Below, in pieces: positions 12,326-25,386 of a stretch of 64,000 nucleotides of DNA (position 1 is its first letter; every line of letters begins with the position of its first letter). The DNA lies in the NCBI GenBank assembly GCA_025558095.1, contig JAIVFI010000037.1:434001-498000 (forward strand), read 5' to 3'. The notes under the pieces were generated by a model. That model saw nothing but the letters and a program-made list of their open reading frames with translations. It was not told where the DNA came from and searched no databases. A program made the position numbers and the translations under genes. The DNA is from Hyaloraphidium curvatum SAG 235-1 (taxonomy: Eukaryota > Fungi > Monoblepharomycota).

Positions 12326-13538
12326 ATGGAGAGGCTCAAGGGCATGTTCGGCAAGAGCAAGCGCGCGAGGAGGGAGGCGCCGGCCTCCGCCCCGCCGGCC
12401 GCGGCACCGCGGCAAGGGACCTGCACCGAAGAGGAGGGCAAGGGCGGCATGGCGGAGTTCAGGGCGCGCTACCTCATCGGCCGCAAGCTCGGCGAAGGCA
12501 GCCACGGTGCGTCCCGATCGGCCCTTCCGGGCGCAGGGACGGGGGTGCTGACCGCCCGCACCCGACAGCCGCGGTGTTCGCGCTCACGGACCGCCGCACG
12601 GGCGCCCAGGTCGCAGGCAAGATGTGGGATTTGAGGACGCTCGGCACGGGGGTGGAGTTCGCGCGGGCGGAGCTGGCCGCCCTGGCGGGGTGGGAGGCCT
12701 CGGGGAACGCGCACCTGGCGGGGATGCTCGGGTGCTACGAGGGGGACGGGAAGGTGTGGATGGTCACCGAGGCCGCCGATGGGGATCTCCTGGACCTGCT
12801 GGTGCGGAGGGGGGGTTACGTGGGCGAAGGGGAGGCGGCGTGGGTGCTCAGGGCGGTGCTGAGGGGGCTGGAGGGGATGCACGGGCGGGGGTGGGCGCAC
12901 AGGGACGTGAAGCCGGACAACGTGCTGCTCAAAGGTGGGCCGTTTGTCCTGCTGCGGTGCAGGGGCTGTTGCTGACGATGGGGGCAGGGTCGAGGGTGTG
13001 GCTCGCGGACTTTGGCTTCGCGGCGAGGGCGGGCGACGCGCAGGCGCTGCAGACCGTGTGCGGGACGCCGGCGTACATGGCGCCCGAGATGGTGGACAGG
13101 ACGGGGCACGGCGTCGAGGTCGACGTGTGGGCGTGCGGGGTCATGCTTTGTGGGTTCACTTGGCCAGGACGGAGGTTCCTGGCCTGAACGCTGAACTCGT
13201 TCCCGACGGCAGACGGCATGCTCTGCGGATACCTCCCCTTCTGCTCCCCCCGCGGCAGCTCCCTCGAGACCATGCTCCTCGTGAAGCGGGGCGAGCTGAA
13301 GTTCGACGCCAGGGACTGGGCCGGGGTCTCGGACGACGCCAAGGACTTCATCTCCTCGCTCCTGGAGCGGGATCCGAAGGTTCGGCCAACGGCGGAGGAG
13401 GCGCTGCGGCATCCGTGGCTGGGACGGGCCGACGGGTGGGATCCCGAGGCCGGGGCGGGGCAGGTGCAGGCGATGGCGGCCGGGAACCCAACCGGTGCCT
13501 CGCCGGTGGTTACGCAGCCCATCGCGGTTGCAGTGTGA
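12326..13538 (+). CDS. CAMK-group Ser/Thr protein kinase, 3 introns
   Basis: GEGSHA, VAGK, HRDVKPDN, DFG, CGTPAYMAPE, DVWACGV, VSDDAKDFI. Confidence 0.9.
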
Positions 13539-13987
13539 GCGCGCTGGATGCGCCTATGACTTATGTGGACGCTGCTGGGCATGACATGGAGCTGTCAATC
13601 ATGGTATCGCTAGTCGCTGTTGCAAATTGCCGGCGTAAAATAGAGCATTGATTAGTGCCTTTAAGACGGTGCGCATCTTAGATCCGCATCACTCGTACTG
13701 GCAACGAGGGCTATTTTGTTGCCGGGGTTTGGGAGTGGCGTTGGGACGAGCTGGGCCGAGTGACCGGCCTCATGCGCCACGGGGCGGGCGTCCCAAGCAA
13801 ACCGACGTCGACTGCACACGCAAAACCGGCAGTTTAGCGCTCCAAAGCATCGACAGCTGCTCCTTCGAAGTCGCACGTACCGCGGCAGACGTTTCCGCGG
13901 CAGAACTTCGCTTAGCAGCGGCGCGCGGTCGACCGCGACCAGCTCCCCCCCGCGGGGACCCGCGTCCCTCCTCCCCTCTGCCCCTCG

Positions 13988-16430
13988 ATGACGACTCCGT
14001 TTCCGTTCGCGGCGCCGCCGGCCCCGCCGGTAGACACGCTGCTGTTCCGCGACCCGCCGTGCGGCGACTACCTGCGGTCGGCGGCCTTCCTCCTGCCGAC
14101 GGGCTCGCCCCCGCTGTCGCCCGACCCGCGCTCGCTGCCCGCCACGCCCCCCAAGAGGCCCTCGGGCGGGCTGGCCGAGCTCCCAATTCCGAACAGCGAG
14201 GCGCGGGAAGCCAAGGCGCAACCGGCCGCGTGGGGCCTGGCAGCGGGTGCAGCTACCGCAGCAGGAAGAAAGCATCACACGCCGCGCGGCACCGCCAACG
14301 AGGACGGCTGCGGGCACTTTGCGGGCGCGCTGGAGCTCCCCCGCGCGCTGGACGACGTGCCGGCGTCGGCACAACTCCCGGTCTCGAAGACAAAAGTCGC
14401 GCTGCACTACACGGCAACGTACCTGTGCGACGGGCACGGCGAGCCGGCGCCGCAGGGCAAGCCGGGCACGAGGACGGGTGCCGAGGTGTTTGTCGACAAC
14501 CTTGCAGGGGTGATTCCAGTGACAGTTCATGCGTGGGTCTCGATCGCATTCGATCCTGCCGCGCCTGAGTTGAGATCTGACGCCGATGCATGCTCGCCGC
14601 ACGCACCCCGCCACCTCCCACAGGATGCTCCTCGACGCCGTCGCCAGGGCCGAAGAAACCTTCAACGAGCTCGCCGCCGGCGCATCCGCCGCCGCCCGAC
14701 AGCCCGAGGAGACGCAGGCGACGGGTGGCACGGCGAGCCAGGGACCCATGACGCAGCCGCCGACGCAGCAGCACACGGCCACGCAGCCGCTGACGCAGCC
14801 GATGCTTCCGAGCGAGACGATGGGGCCGGCGTGCGTGCCGGTGGTCGTCGATGCGTCGGAGGTGCTGGTACTTGCGACGCCGAATGCGGGATCCGTGCGA
14901 GAGACCGAGGCCGAGACTGGTGCCGACACGGAACGCGCAGCAACCGAGCCACTCGCCGGTGAAACGCCAGCCGAGCAAGCTCAGGAGCCCCCTGACCCGT
15001 TCGCCCTCCCCCTCTCGTCGGAGCCGAGGTCGCAGTCGCCGCAGCCCGATCCCGAACCTCCCTCGCCGCTGCCAGCGCCCGACCCGCGCACCCCCTTCTC
15101 GCAGCTCCTCCACCACCAGATCATCTCCGCCCTCTCCACCCTCCACGCGCGCCTCACCTCCATCCTCGACCTGCGCTTCCCCTCCGCCTCGGCCGAAAAC
15201 GGCTCCACCCTTCTCCTCACCCTCCTCCTCCCCGCCCTTCCCTCCTCCCTCCCAGCCTACCACACCCCTCCCCACCCTCAACCGCGCCCCGAGATCCCCG
15301 GTACCCTCTATGCGGCCTGCATCGGCGACTCCTCCCTCCTCATCCTCCCGCACCCCCCGCACCCGCCCGTGCTCCCCCTCTTCCGCCGCATACTCCCGGA
15401 CCTGGACCCGTGCTTCCACCCCTGCTCCTACGAGGACACGGTGCACGCCCACCCCCGCTTGAAAGAAGGCCAGTCCCCTCCCGGCCCCGCGCGCGACGTC
15501 GCGCAGCTGGACCTCATGCGCGCCAGGGCCGGCCTGCCCCCGCGGCAGCCAGCGCCCGGCAAGGCGCAGGGATGGGGCGCGGTCTACAGCCCGAGGTCGG
15601 GGTGGGGGCTGGGGATGTGCTGCACGCTGGGCAACCGGAACCACGCGGGGGTGCTGGTGGAGCGGACCAACGTGTACGCGTGGCGCGCGGGGGACGTGCT
15701 GGGGGAGGGCGCAGACGTGGTGCTCCTGAGCGACGGGGTCAAGGACGTGCTCACCGCGGCGCAGGTGGGCGGGCTGGCGAGGAACCCGTGGGAGGGGCTC
15801 TGTGCGCTGGCGGGGGTCGGGGCGGGGACGTCGATGGATGCGGGGGAGGTGCTGGACAGGGTGAGGATGGCGGTGGGGGGTTCGTGGGGCGGAGATCGGT
15901 TGGTGCATTCCCCTGCGCGAATCGGATCGGTGCTGACCGCCTGCCGCGTGTCGTTCAGGTTCGACAGGAAGGTCGCCGAGGTGTTCACCGACGCCCTCGA
16001 GCGCCTCGACGGCGCCCGCCCCGGCCCCGAGGACCTCGCCCGCCTGCTCTGCGCGGCTGCCGTCGCGCGCGGGTCGGGCGACGACGTGACCTGCCTCGCG
16101 TTCCGGCTGCTTCCCCGGGACCTGCTTCCACCGGCCGGTGCGAGGGAAGCAGTGGGGAAGGAGAACGCGGAGCCGAATTCGCAGCATTCGCAGGCGTCGA
16201 GGGCGTCGGTGAGGCTGGGCGCGACGGCGCCGCCGAGCCCGGCGAGCGAGGGGGTGGGGGAGGCGGATCCAGAGTTGGTGCAGGCGCCCGCGGAGCCGGT
16301 ACCGGGGGAGAAGAGGGCGGCGGAGGGGGATGCGGGGGAGGATGGGGCCAAGAGGAGGAAGGTGGACGACGAGGAGGGGGAGGAGGTGGTTGCGACGGCG
16401 CCCGAGGGGATGGACGAGCGGGCTGATTGA
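13988..16430 (+). CDS. Divergent PPM/PP2C-type phosphatase domain protein with low-complexity insertions
   Basis: NED, CDGHG, GST, IGDS, LGN, LLSDGVKD and SGDDVT motifs in order; intron ~14533-14623. Confidence 0.75.
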
Positions 16431-16677
16431 GAGGGAGGGCCGAAAAGGGACATGCACGAGCGACGGTGATGGCAGCAGCACGGTAGATGGCATTCATAGA
16501 TGAGAAGAGTGATTTCCGCTCGGTTTGGTTGCCGCAGATCCCGCGATGGCCTCGCGGCGTGGAACGGATTCGGGGAGAGTCGGGGGTCGGGACGCAAGGG
16601 TCCCCGCCTCGGGGTCCCTGCCCGAAACTCGGCCGCCTCCCGCTCGTCAACCCGCCCCGCGCGCATCCTCTCCCGCC

Positions 16678-17876
16678 ATGGCCGACGCGAAAGCCGCGCC
16701 GGCGCCGAAGCTGGGCGTCAAGCAGAAGGCGCTCGCGTTCGTCGCGGCCGTCCAGCGCGGGGTCTACGTTGCGGGCGTCGGGGTGCTCCACGCGCTCACC
16801 AACCCGGCAGCGAGAAAGCAGGCACGTGCAATGCCATGATGCGGGCATCGGATGGCGGTACTGACCCACCTGGCCAACCGCCGACCAGCTGATCATCTCG
16901 ATGGGCCCGCTGCTGGCGTCCTCCGCGGCGCTGTACTTCCTGGCCCCCGCAGTGGCCAAGCGGCTCGACGTCATCCTCGAGAAGCTGGTCGCACTGCCGC
17001 TGATCAGGAAGCTCCCCCTGCCCAAGGACTTTGACCTCACCGAGCGGGTCAAGACGGCGCGGTTCACCACGATCGGCCTGTCGTTCGTTCGCCAGGTGTT
17101 CTCGGGGCCGCTGGACAGCCTGTTCTACGCCAACGTGCCCAAGAGTAGCGAGAAAGGCTTCGAGCCCTTCTCGTCCGAGATCTCGCGCGTGAACGCGCTG
17201 GCGCCGCAGCCCCAGAAGGTGCCGGTGCCCAAGGCCCTGGCCATGTACGGTCTGCGGTGTGTATTCTTCGATCGTCGGCCCAGCTTCGAGAGCCGGGCTC
17301 ATTCAGGTCATCTCCAGCACGGCAAAGACACAGGCCGTCTCGTTGCTCGCCCACTTCCTGATCGGCATCAAGGCCATCAAGAAGTTCGTCGCCCCGGTGC
17401 TGGGCTCGTTCTACGTATGTCCTGGAGGCACCTTGGCATCGCAGGCGGCTCACGCGGCGCGCCCCGCAGCTCTACAAGACAGGCGACTGGGTACTCGTGC
17501 TGCTCGCCATCCCCATCTCGCTGCTCCCCAAGGTCAACATCGTACAGGCCTTCCTCGCCCTCATGGGCATTCGCAGCATGAGCGTGAGTGGCCCGTCCGC
17601 CCCGTCTCGACTACGAACCTGATCGCGGCCCGTTAGCGCGAGCTCTTCGAGCCCCTCGTGCTGCGCGACGAGTCCATCGACAAGAAGTCCTTCTTCAAGC
17701 AGAACGCCCTGACCATGGCCGCCTTCACCCTGCCCTTCTACTTCCTCCAGGACATCCCCGGGGTCAACGCCGTCGCTTTCGGACTGGCCCAGGCAGCCGC
17801 GGCGCCGCTCGCGGCGCTCATGCTTTCGCCCGGGGGCGTGGACTCGTTCACGAGCGCGATGAAGAAGACGGAATGA
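16678..17876 (+). CDS. Multi-pass membrane protein, possibly EI24/CysZ-like, ~4 introns
   Basis: Several hydrophobic helices; C-terminal 'FYFLQDIPGVNAVAFGLAQAAAAPL' resembles the EI24-family end; first intron GC-AG 16822-16888. Confidence 0.55.
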
Positions 17877-17961
17877 GGAGCGGACGGGAGGCCGGCGCGG
17901 GCTCGAGGACTGGATGTTCGGCTCCTGAGGAGCTCAATCAGCTCATTCACACCTCGTCTGT

Positions 17962-19991
17962 TCACTCTTTCCCGTCCCCGAACTCTCCCAGCACCCCCGT
18001 CAGCGCCCTCCAACCCCCCGCGCTCCCGGGCACGTACACCGTGACTACCTCCGAATACCCCATCCGCACCAGCCGGCCGTGGATCTCGGCCTCCCTGTCC
18101 TCGCCCGCCGTGGCCTTCTGGCACTCCTCGTCCGAGTACCGAATCTCGACGTCGGCCCAGGTGCACAGCGTGTCCTCGCTATCAAAAAAGAGCCGTTCGA
18201 TCCTGTCCGCGGGATCGACCTTGCCCGAACGGGCCGTGACGTTCTTGAAGCTGCCCCTCGCGGCGGCGAGGATGAAGTCCGTGTGGAGCTGTTCGTGCGC
18301 CTCGACGCAGCGGGCGAGGCGGTCGCAGCCGCAGACGTAGGGATGGGGGGTCGTGGAGCCCTTCTTGGGCGGAGGCGGTGGCTGCTGCTTCTGCCTGTTG
18401 TACTCGTCTGTGATCGGGAGCGCATCAGGCGGATTCGGGCCAGGGCGGGGAAGGAACAGAGGCCCACAGACGCCGGGGGGAAACTCGGATCCGCTGGTAT
18501 CCGCGGGGGTGATCTTGCGGTTAACCACCAGCTGCCTCGAGATGCGTAGCTTGTGCTCCTTGACGACATAGAAGCCGTGGTACGGCCCGACGCCGTCTTT
18601 CTCGTCTTCCACTTTGTCAGTCGAGTATCCAATGTCCCGCCAGGTGTGCTTCGCGGGGTCGCGGTGGTAGTAGTGCTCCGCCTCGTCCCTGCCCACGGGC
18701 CCGTCGTCCAGGCTGCACGTGTTGCGGCCGAACTGGGTCGAGCTGCCCATCACCAGCTCCGCGTGCTTCACCGCCGAGACCTCCTCGACCGGGGTAGCGG
18801 GGAACTTCCGGGGGCGGCACGTGATCTTGACGGGGTCCGAGGTCGCGGTGCAGCCCTTGTTGTCGGTGACCTTGAGCTTCGCCGTCAGGTTGTCCAGGAC
18901 CACGACGGTGCAGGTTGGGGACTTGCACGTCTTCTTGGCGTCCGAGCGGGGCGGTTGCCGCGGCGGGTAGCCGAGGTCGGGCGGCTTCGGCGGATCAGTC
19001 GGCTCAAACGTCCACTCGAACTCGACAATGTCGCCCAGCGGCTTTGATTTCGACGCGTCGAGCTTGAGCTCCGCCCCGCGCTCGACTGAGTAAGGCCCGC
19101 CGGCGTGGGCTTTCAGGTTCTTGCACTGCAGGTCCCATTTCGATTCCATATGGAGCTGCACGATGAAGTTCACGTCCTGGCTCATGCTCCCCGTCAGCTT
19201 CGGCGGGCTGTCCGGATCGTCGAACTGGGGCAACGGTTCGAGGGAGCAGCCGAAAGAGACCTCCTCCGTGCCCTCGTCGCTTTCGTTGAACGAGTCGTTG
19301 GTGCCCCATGCGGCGGAAACGTTCCCCTTGATCGACTGTTTCTTCTTGATCGTCGTGGAAGGGACCCGGATCTCGTACGTGCCCATGTGCGGGCTCACGA
19401 TCAGGTACACGTCGCCCTCGATCTTCTTCCCCGAATCGGAGCCGGACTCCTGGAGGTTCGAGCCGCCGGCGAACACGGGATTTAACGGTTTGATGTCGTA
19501 GGTCCCCGACGTGTCGTAGGTAGCTTCGACGAGGGTGGCGGTGCCCTTCCAGACGAGCCGCACGCCGGAAACCGTCTGCGACGGATCGCGCTCCAGGTCC
19601 AGGCGCACCTCGGCGCGCGTCCGCGAGTGGTGATCCGTGTTGAACACGAAAAGGCGACCGGTCATGTCGCTCCGCGACTCGGAGGAGAACGTGCCTTCCC
19701 AGGAGCTTCGTTGCGGCGTCCAGATTGGTCGCGACCGGAGCGGGCGGGCGAGGCAGGTGAGCGCGAGGTGCGCGGGAGACGCCGAGGCCCGGCCCACGTT
19801 ATGGAGCACCACCGCGATTCCTCTTCCGGGGACACCTTCCGCATCTTCGGCATCTTCAGATCGAGCTTCGGAGGCTGCGGTAGCGGAGGGTTGTAGATGA
19901 CGGGCACGTGGTCCGAGGGCGTCGGTTCCGGGGCGACGGGGATCCCGTCGACCTCGCTCCGCGGGGGCTGCGATCTCCCATCGTCGTCCAT
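17962..19991 (-). CDS. PKD-domain protein with HExxH motif, bacterial-like, 2 introns
   Basis: AHAGGPYSVERGAELKLDASKS..FEWTF..KLKVTDNKG (PKD); downstream VEAHEQLHT; introns near 19710-19800 and 18410-18465. Confidence 0.7.
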
Positions 19992-20602
19992 CGGTGTGGG
20001 CTGCAGTTTGCGGTGGGTTCTGTCTCTGCAGCGGCGGTTCTGCGTTGCGCTTTGTGAGTCAAATCGGCGGATGTGAGTGTGGCGGTGCAAGGTGGGACGC
20101 GGAGTCGAGGGCGATGAAGATCGACGATTCAGGAAACGCTCGAAAAAACTCGAAAGGGGAGTGCATGAAGCTTCTCCATGGCTGGTATGGCCCGGGAGCT
20201 GCATTGCCGCATGTGAGGCTCTCGAGCCGAGTAAAGGGCCCACGACTGGTCGGTCTCCACGACGGAAGAGAGATATGCACTTGGCAAGCACTTGGGCATA
20301 TATGTGAGATCTAGATTATGTCCTGCGTATTGTGTGACGTCTTTCACGGCTTCGGCATAGATGGACTGAAGGCGCAGCTCAGCACTACGCTCTGGACATC
20401 ATCCATCGCTCTTACTGCGAAGGAAGGCGATGCGAAGATAGAGAATCACCCTGACAATCAAATTTCTTTTTGTTGCTGGTGTCGCTGGGCGCAATAGCGT
20501 TTCAATCGGGTTGAACGGGTCGCAAGGCCGGACGCACGCGGCGGGACGAGCGACCCGGTTTGAAACGCGGTCAAGGACGTGTCCTTCCTTCCTCTTCTCG
20601 CG

Positions 20603-23085
20603 ATGGACCGGGCGCGAAAGGTCCTCAAGACGACCTTTGGTCACGATGCGTTCCGTCCCGGGCAGGAGCCGGCCATCAGGCGGCTGATAGAGGAGAACGA
20701 ATCGGCGTGCTGCATCTTCCCGACGGGAGGTGGAAAGTCTCTCGTTTACCAGCTGCCGGCGCTCTGCTTCGACGACGGCGTCACGCTGGTCGTGTCGCCG
20801 CTCATCGCGCTCATGAAGGTGGCGGGCGGCCCGACCTCCTCCGGGCCCGTCCTGACGCGGAGCCGCAGGACCAATGCGACGCGCTGAAGCGCCGCGGCGT
20901 GGCCGCCGAGGCCCTCGACTCGTCCCTGACGAATGAGCAGTCGCGCGACATCAAGGACCGGCTGCGGCGGAACGAGCTCAAGCTCCTCTTCGTGGCGCCG
21001 GAGCGGTTCAACAACGAGTCCTTCGTTTCCATGCTTCTCAACCTGAAAGTGGCCCTCTTTGCGGTCGACGAGGCGCACTGCATTTCCGAGGTTCGTCGCT
21101 GGCCACGGTCGAGGCCCACGTTGCCGGTTTCTGACACTTTTCCCGTCCCCAGTGGGGACAATCTTTCAGGTGACTTTGGTGGACCTCTTCGCGGCCGACA
21201 TCCTTGTCTCATTGGTCTCTAGATCCGACTACCTGAAGCTTCCGCGTTTTGCAAAGGGCTGCGGCGCGCGGAGAATCCTCGCCCTCACTGCGACCGCGAC
21301 ACCTCAAGTCGCCCTCGACATCTGCGCCTCCTTCAACATCGATTCTGAGAAGGGGCTCTTTCGGACGAGCAGTTACAGGACGAACCTCAACATCAACGTC
21401 ACCTATACCGCAACCTCGAAGGAGCGAAACGAGCGGCTTCTGGCATTCTTCAAGGCTCCCGATTCCGTCGCAAAGCTCCCTGGCGCTTCCATCGTCTACG
21501 TCACGCTACAGAAAACCGCCGACGCCGTCGCCGCGTTCCTGACCAAGAACGGGATCAAGGCCGAGTCGTACCACGCCGGCATGGCCTCGGACAAGCGGCA
21601 GACCGTCCAGGACTGTGAGCACTGGTCTCGAACCAGCCAAACGCATTGCTGAGGACCACTTCGCAGGGTTCATGAAGACGAACCAGGCCGTCGTCGTCGC
21701 CACGATCGCGTTCGGCATGGGCATCGACCACTCCTCGATCCGAGCCGTCCTGCACTACAACGTCCCGAAAAGTCTCGAGGGCTACTCACAGGAGATCGGT
21801 CGCGCCGGCCGGGACGGCAAGCCGAGCCACTGCGAGATGTTCCTCTGCCCCGAGGACGTGGGAACGCTCGAGTCGTTTGCTTACGGCGACACGCCCAGCT
21901 TGAGCTCGGTGGGGAGGATGCTGGGGGAGTTCTTTGGCGCCATGGTCAAGACGGGGGGCGTCGATTCGGCACAGGGGTTCTCGGCGGACGGCAGCGCCGG
22001 CGAGGTCAAGGCCTCGATCTACCACTTGAGGTGAGGAGATTAAAGTCCACCGCTATGTTCAATCGGCTCACTTGGCGCTCTCCACAGCCGCGACTGCGAC
22101 ATAAAGGAGACCGTGATCAAGAACATGCTCGCCCAGCTGGATCTGGGATTCGCTCTGCTGACCGAAATCACGCCAATGTATGGGAGCTACGAGGTCGCCG
22201 CGGTGGCACCGAACTGGGACATGAGGACCGAGAGCGTCGGCGATCCAATCTTCGGTGCGTACGCCTTGCTGTTCCGACACTCAACCGCTCACCACCTCCT
22301 TCTCCAGACATTCTTCGCAGACACACGGTCAAGAAGGCCAAATGGGCAATCGTCGACGTGGACACCGCAGCTCGGCAGAACCCCCAGCACGAGCGCTACG
22401 CCTTCATTGGTGCTCTGCAGAAGCTCGAGGACAAGGTCATCATCACCATCCGTGCGAGCCAGGTGATGAACCGCTGGCGGGTGCTCAAGGATCCTCCTTC
22501 CGACCTTGCGCCGCTCGCCGAGGACCTCTACAAGAGGGCGCTGGACCGGGAGACCAAGGAAGTGGAGCGCCTCTGGGCCGTCGTCGGTTTCGCGACGGGG
22601 GACGGATGCCTCTCGGCCAGGCTGGCGCGGCACTTCGGGGACTCGCTGCCCGAGGGCGCGGAGCGGTGCGGGCACTGCTCCGTGTGCCGTGACGGCAAGC
22701 CTTGCGACGCGCCCGGGATCGGTGGCGACTCCCAAATGGATCGGCTGGAGATGTTCGACGACAAGAGGTGGAAGGCGATCCTGTCCGACTCCGCCGTCCC
22801 GAAGGACGACGCGCGGCTGCTGGCGAGGTTCGCCGTTGGCTTCACCTCCCCGCGGATGACGACGTTGAAGCTGGGGAAACATCCGGTGGGCTCCGAGCTG
22901 CTCTTCCATACAAAGGTGGCTGACCGCTTGTCACACAGCTGTACGGCTCGATGGAGGACCACGACTTCCGGACCATTCTCACGTACGCGGAGCAGGAGGT
23001 GAAGAAGGCGACGGGAGACAAGAAGCGTGGTCCGGATGGTCCCGCGTCCCCCAAGTACGACGCCAAGAAGAAGAAGCACCAGTGA
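20603..23085 (+). CDS. RecQ-family ATP-dependent DNA helicase, multiple introns
   Basis: [60 protein letters not shown]-terminal Zn motif CGHCSVC. Confidence 0.93.
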
Positions 23086-23244
23086 TTCCAGATACCCAAT
23101 AAGTAGATTCTGTCTCGTTCGAATACAGATTGGTCGAGCTCTTTCCCACGGAAGTCGCCCTCAGAAAGCGGTCCAGGTTTATTTCACGGATTCTTCGGGG
23201 GCGAACTGTGGTCCACCTGGCACAGATCCTCTTCTGGTTGTCGC

Positions 23245-23818
23245 TCAGGCCTTGGTGAGAAGGCGGAGGTACATCCTGACGATGTAGCCAGAGCTGATGA
23301 TCCACAGACCCGAGCGGGCAAGGGAAGGCCCCTGGCTGGCAGCCCCGGCGTAGGCGAGCGTGTACAGCAGGCGGGTCATGAGGACCCTGTAGCAGTCGTA
23401 GTTGACCTGTTTGTCGAGGCCGGGCGACACTTGATCACAAAGGTGTCATGGGCGGTCCGCCGGGCTGCCTACCGCATCCTGGTCGACCTTGGCGACGGCC
23501 GACAGCGCCACGGCGCCGGCAAAGAAGCCAAGGCTCTCGAGGCCGTTGGCGCTGGCTCCGTCCAGGCGCTGGGCAAGCGCCTTCTGCTCGGCCGACAGCT
23601 TAGCCTGCTCGGCCTCGTCGTGCCTGGGGTTGTAGTTGTTCCAGCTGCCATGGAAAGCAATGTCAGCTCTGGCGTAGCCACACCATAACAAGTGGAACAC
23701 ACGCGTTCCCGGCAATCTTGACGCCGAGGGCGGCGAAGTGGGGCAGCTGAGCAAGAAGCCAGAAGGCCGGGACTGCAGCGTAGGAGAAGGGCGTGTATCC
23801 AAGGAGGGCGGACGGCAT
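23245..23818 (-). CDS. MAPEG family membrane protein, 2 introns
   Basis: WNNYNPR, RLDGASANGLESLGFFAGAV, RLLYTLAY, ARSGLW. Confidence 0.82.
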
Positions 23819-24105
23819 CGTTCTGTCCCGCGTCTGCGGTGTTCCCGAGGGGCGCAATCAGTGAACCGCCGGGTCGGACACCGCAGCGGCCGCCGGGAGG
23901 CACCGCGGGAGCACGGGTCGCCCGGTGCCGCCTGGCTCGGTGCGTCGTGTCCCGCACCACTACGATGTGGCCCTCGAGTTTTGGACACCTACAGGTGTTG
24001 GCTGCGGCAGCAAGTCGAGTGGCGTTCGGCGGTGGCGCTTCAAACGGAATTTGCGGGCGCGGTCTCCGGGGACCACGCCGCTGACAAAGCCTCGTTTCGC
24101 CGCCG

Positions 24106-25386
24106 TCAATCCAAACGACCCCCGCCGCTGTCCGAATCAGAGTCGCCACTGGAGCTACATTCGACTCCATCCAATTCGGATTCGGAGGTCGTCATCGACA
24201 TTCCTGATTCATCAGGAACCCCAAGCCAAACAGTCTTTCCCGCCTTCCCCACGGCATCCACCACGACGAGCTGGCGCGAGACCGCGTCAAAGGTCACGAG
24301 AACAACAGAAGCAACCGACATGATCGGATTTCTTCGCTGGGCCGACCCATTGCGCGGAGCTGCCGCCGATCGGGGCAAGGTTTGGTCCATGAAGCCCGTG
24401 AGCCAGGAGTGCAGGAGGGCGCGCACTGCGCTTGGACGGCGCAACGAGTCCAGGGATGTGAGGGAGAGGATAAAGTCCCGCGCAGAAGGGGAAATGTAAG
24501 GGGAAATGGCCGGCGAATCGGGGAGCTCCAGCTTCCCAGTGTGTATCGCGTGCACAACGTCCGGGAACGATTCCAATTGCTCGTAAGGGTGGCTGCCAAA
24601 CAGCAGCTCGTACGTCGTGATGCCCACGGCATAGACGTCGTCGGCCATGGAAGGCATCTCGCCCGAGACGGCTTGGGGTCTCATGTACTGCAGGGTGGCG
24701 AGCGGGATGTCGGTGGACTTGAGCTCCGCCAATCCTTTGTAAATGATGCGCATCCACTAGATGGGAAACGACCTCGAAAAGTCCGTCAGCACGACCGAGC
24801 TCGGATCGTCCAGGTCCTGGTGAAGTGGGGGAGCCGATCAGGCAGAGTTGAGTGGCAGAGGGACGAAGAGGGACGGCAGACCAACCCTCAGCATCATATT
24901 GTCGGGCTTGACGTCACGATGGAGCCATCCTTCGCCGTGCAAGAGTGCCAGGGCGCTGAGCGCGCCCTTGGCAACTGTTGCCGCCTCGGCTTCCGACAGG
25001 GATCCCCCTTTGCGCTCCACAAGGGCCGTCAGCGGGGCCTCCAAAAGCTCCCACACCGAGTGCATCGCGCTCCGCGTGCGAAAAATGTCGTAAACGCGGG
25101 GCAGGTGCGGGCACCGAGCGGCCACCGGGATCAGGGCCGCCATGGCCCAGGGCATGTTGAAACCGACCTCAAAAGACTTTTCACCCGGCGCAGGTTTTCT
25201 CGTGGACTTGAGCGCCACACGCAGGCCGTCGCTGCGCTCCGCAAGAGTGACGCGGCCGTCGGACCCGGAACCGAGAATGGCGAGGGTGCGATAAGTTCGT
25301 CTCCTGCGGCGGCCGTCGGCGACGACGGCGGCAAACTCTGCCGGTGTTGGGCCAGGGTCGAGCGGTGACGGCAGAGAGGATGGCAT
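24106..25386 (-). pseudogene. Degenerate CAMK-like kinase (probable pseudogene or pseudokinase)
   Basis: GSGSDG, VALK and HRDVKPDN present, but DFG is DFS, an in-frame TAG lies at 24757-24759, and APE is RPQ. Confidence 0.65.
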
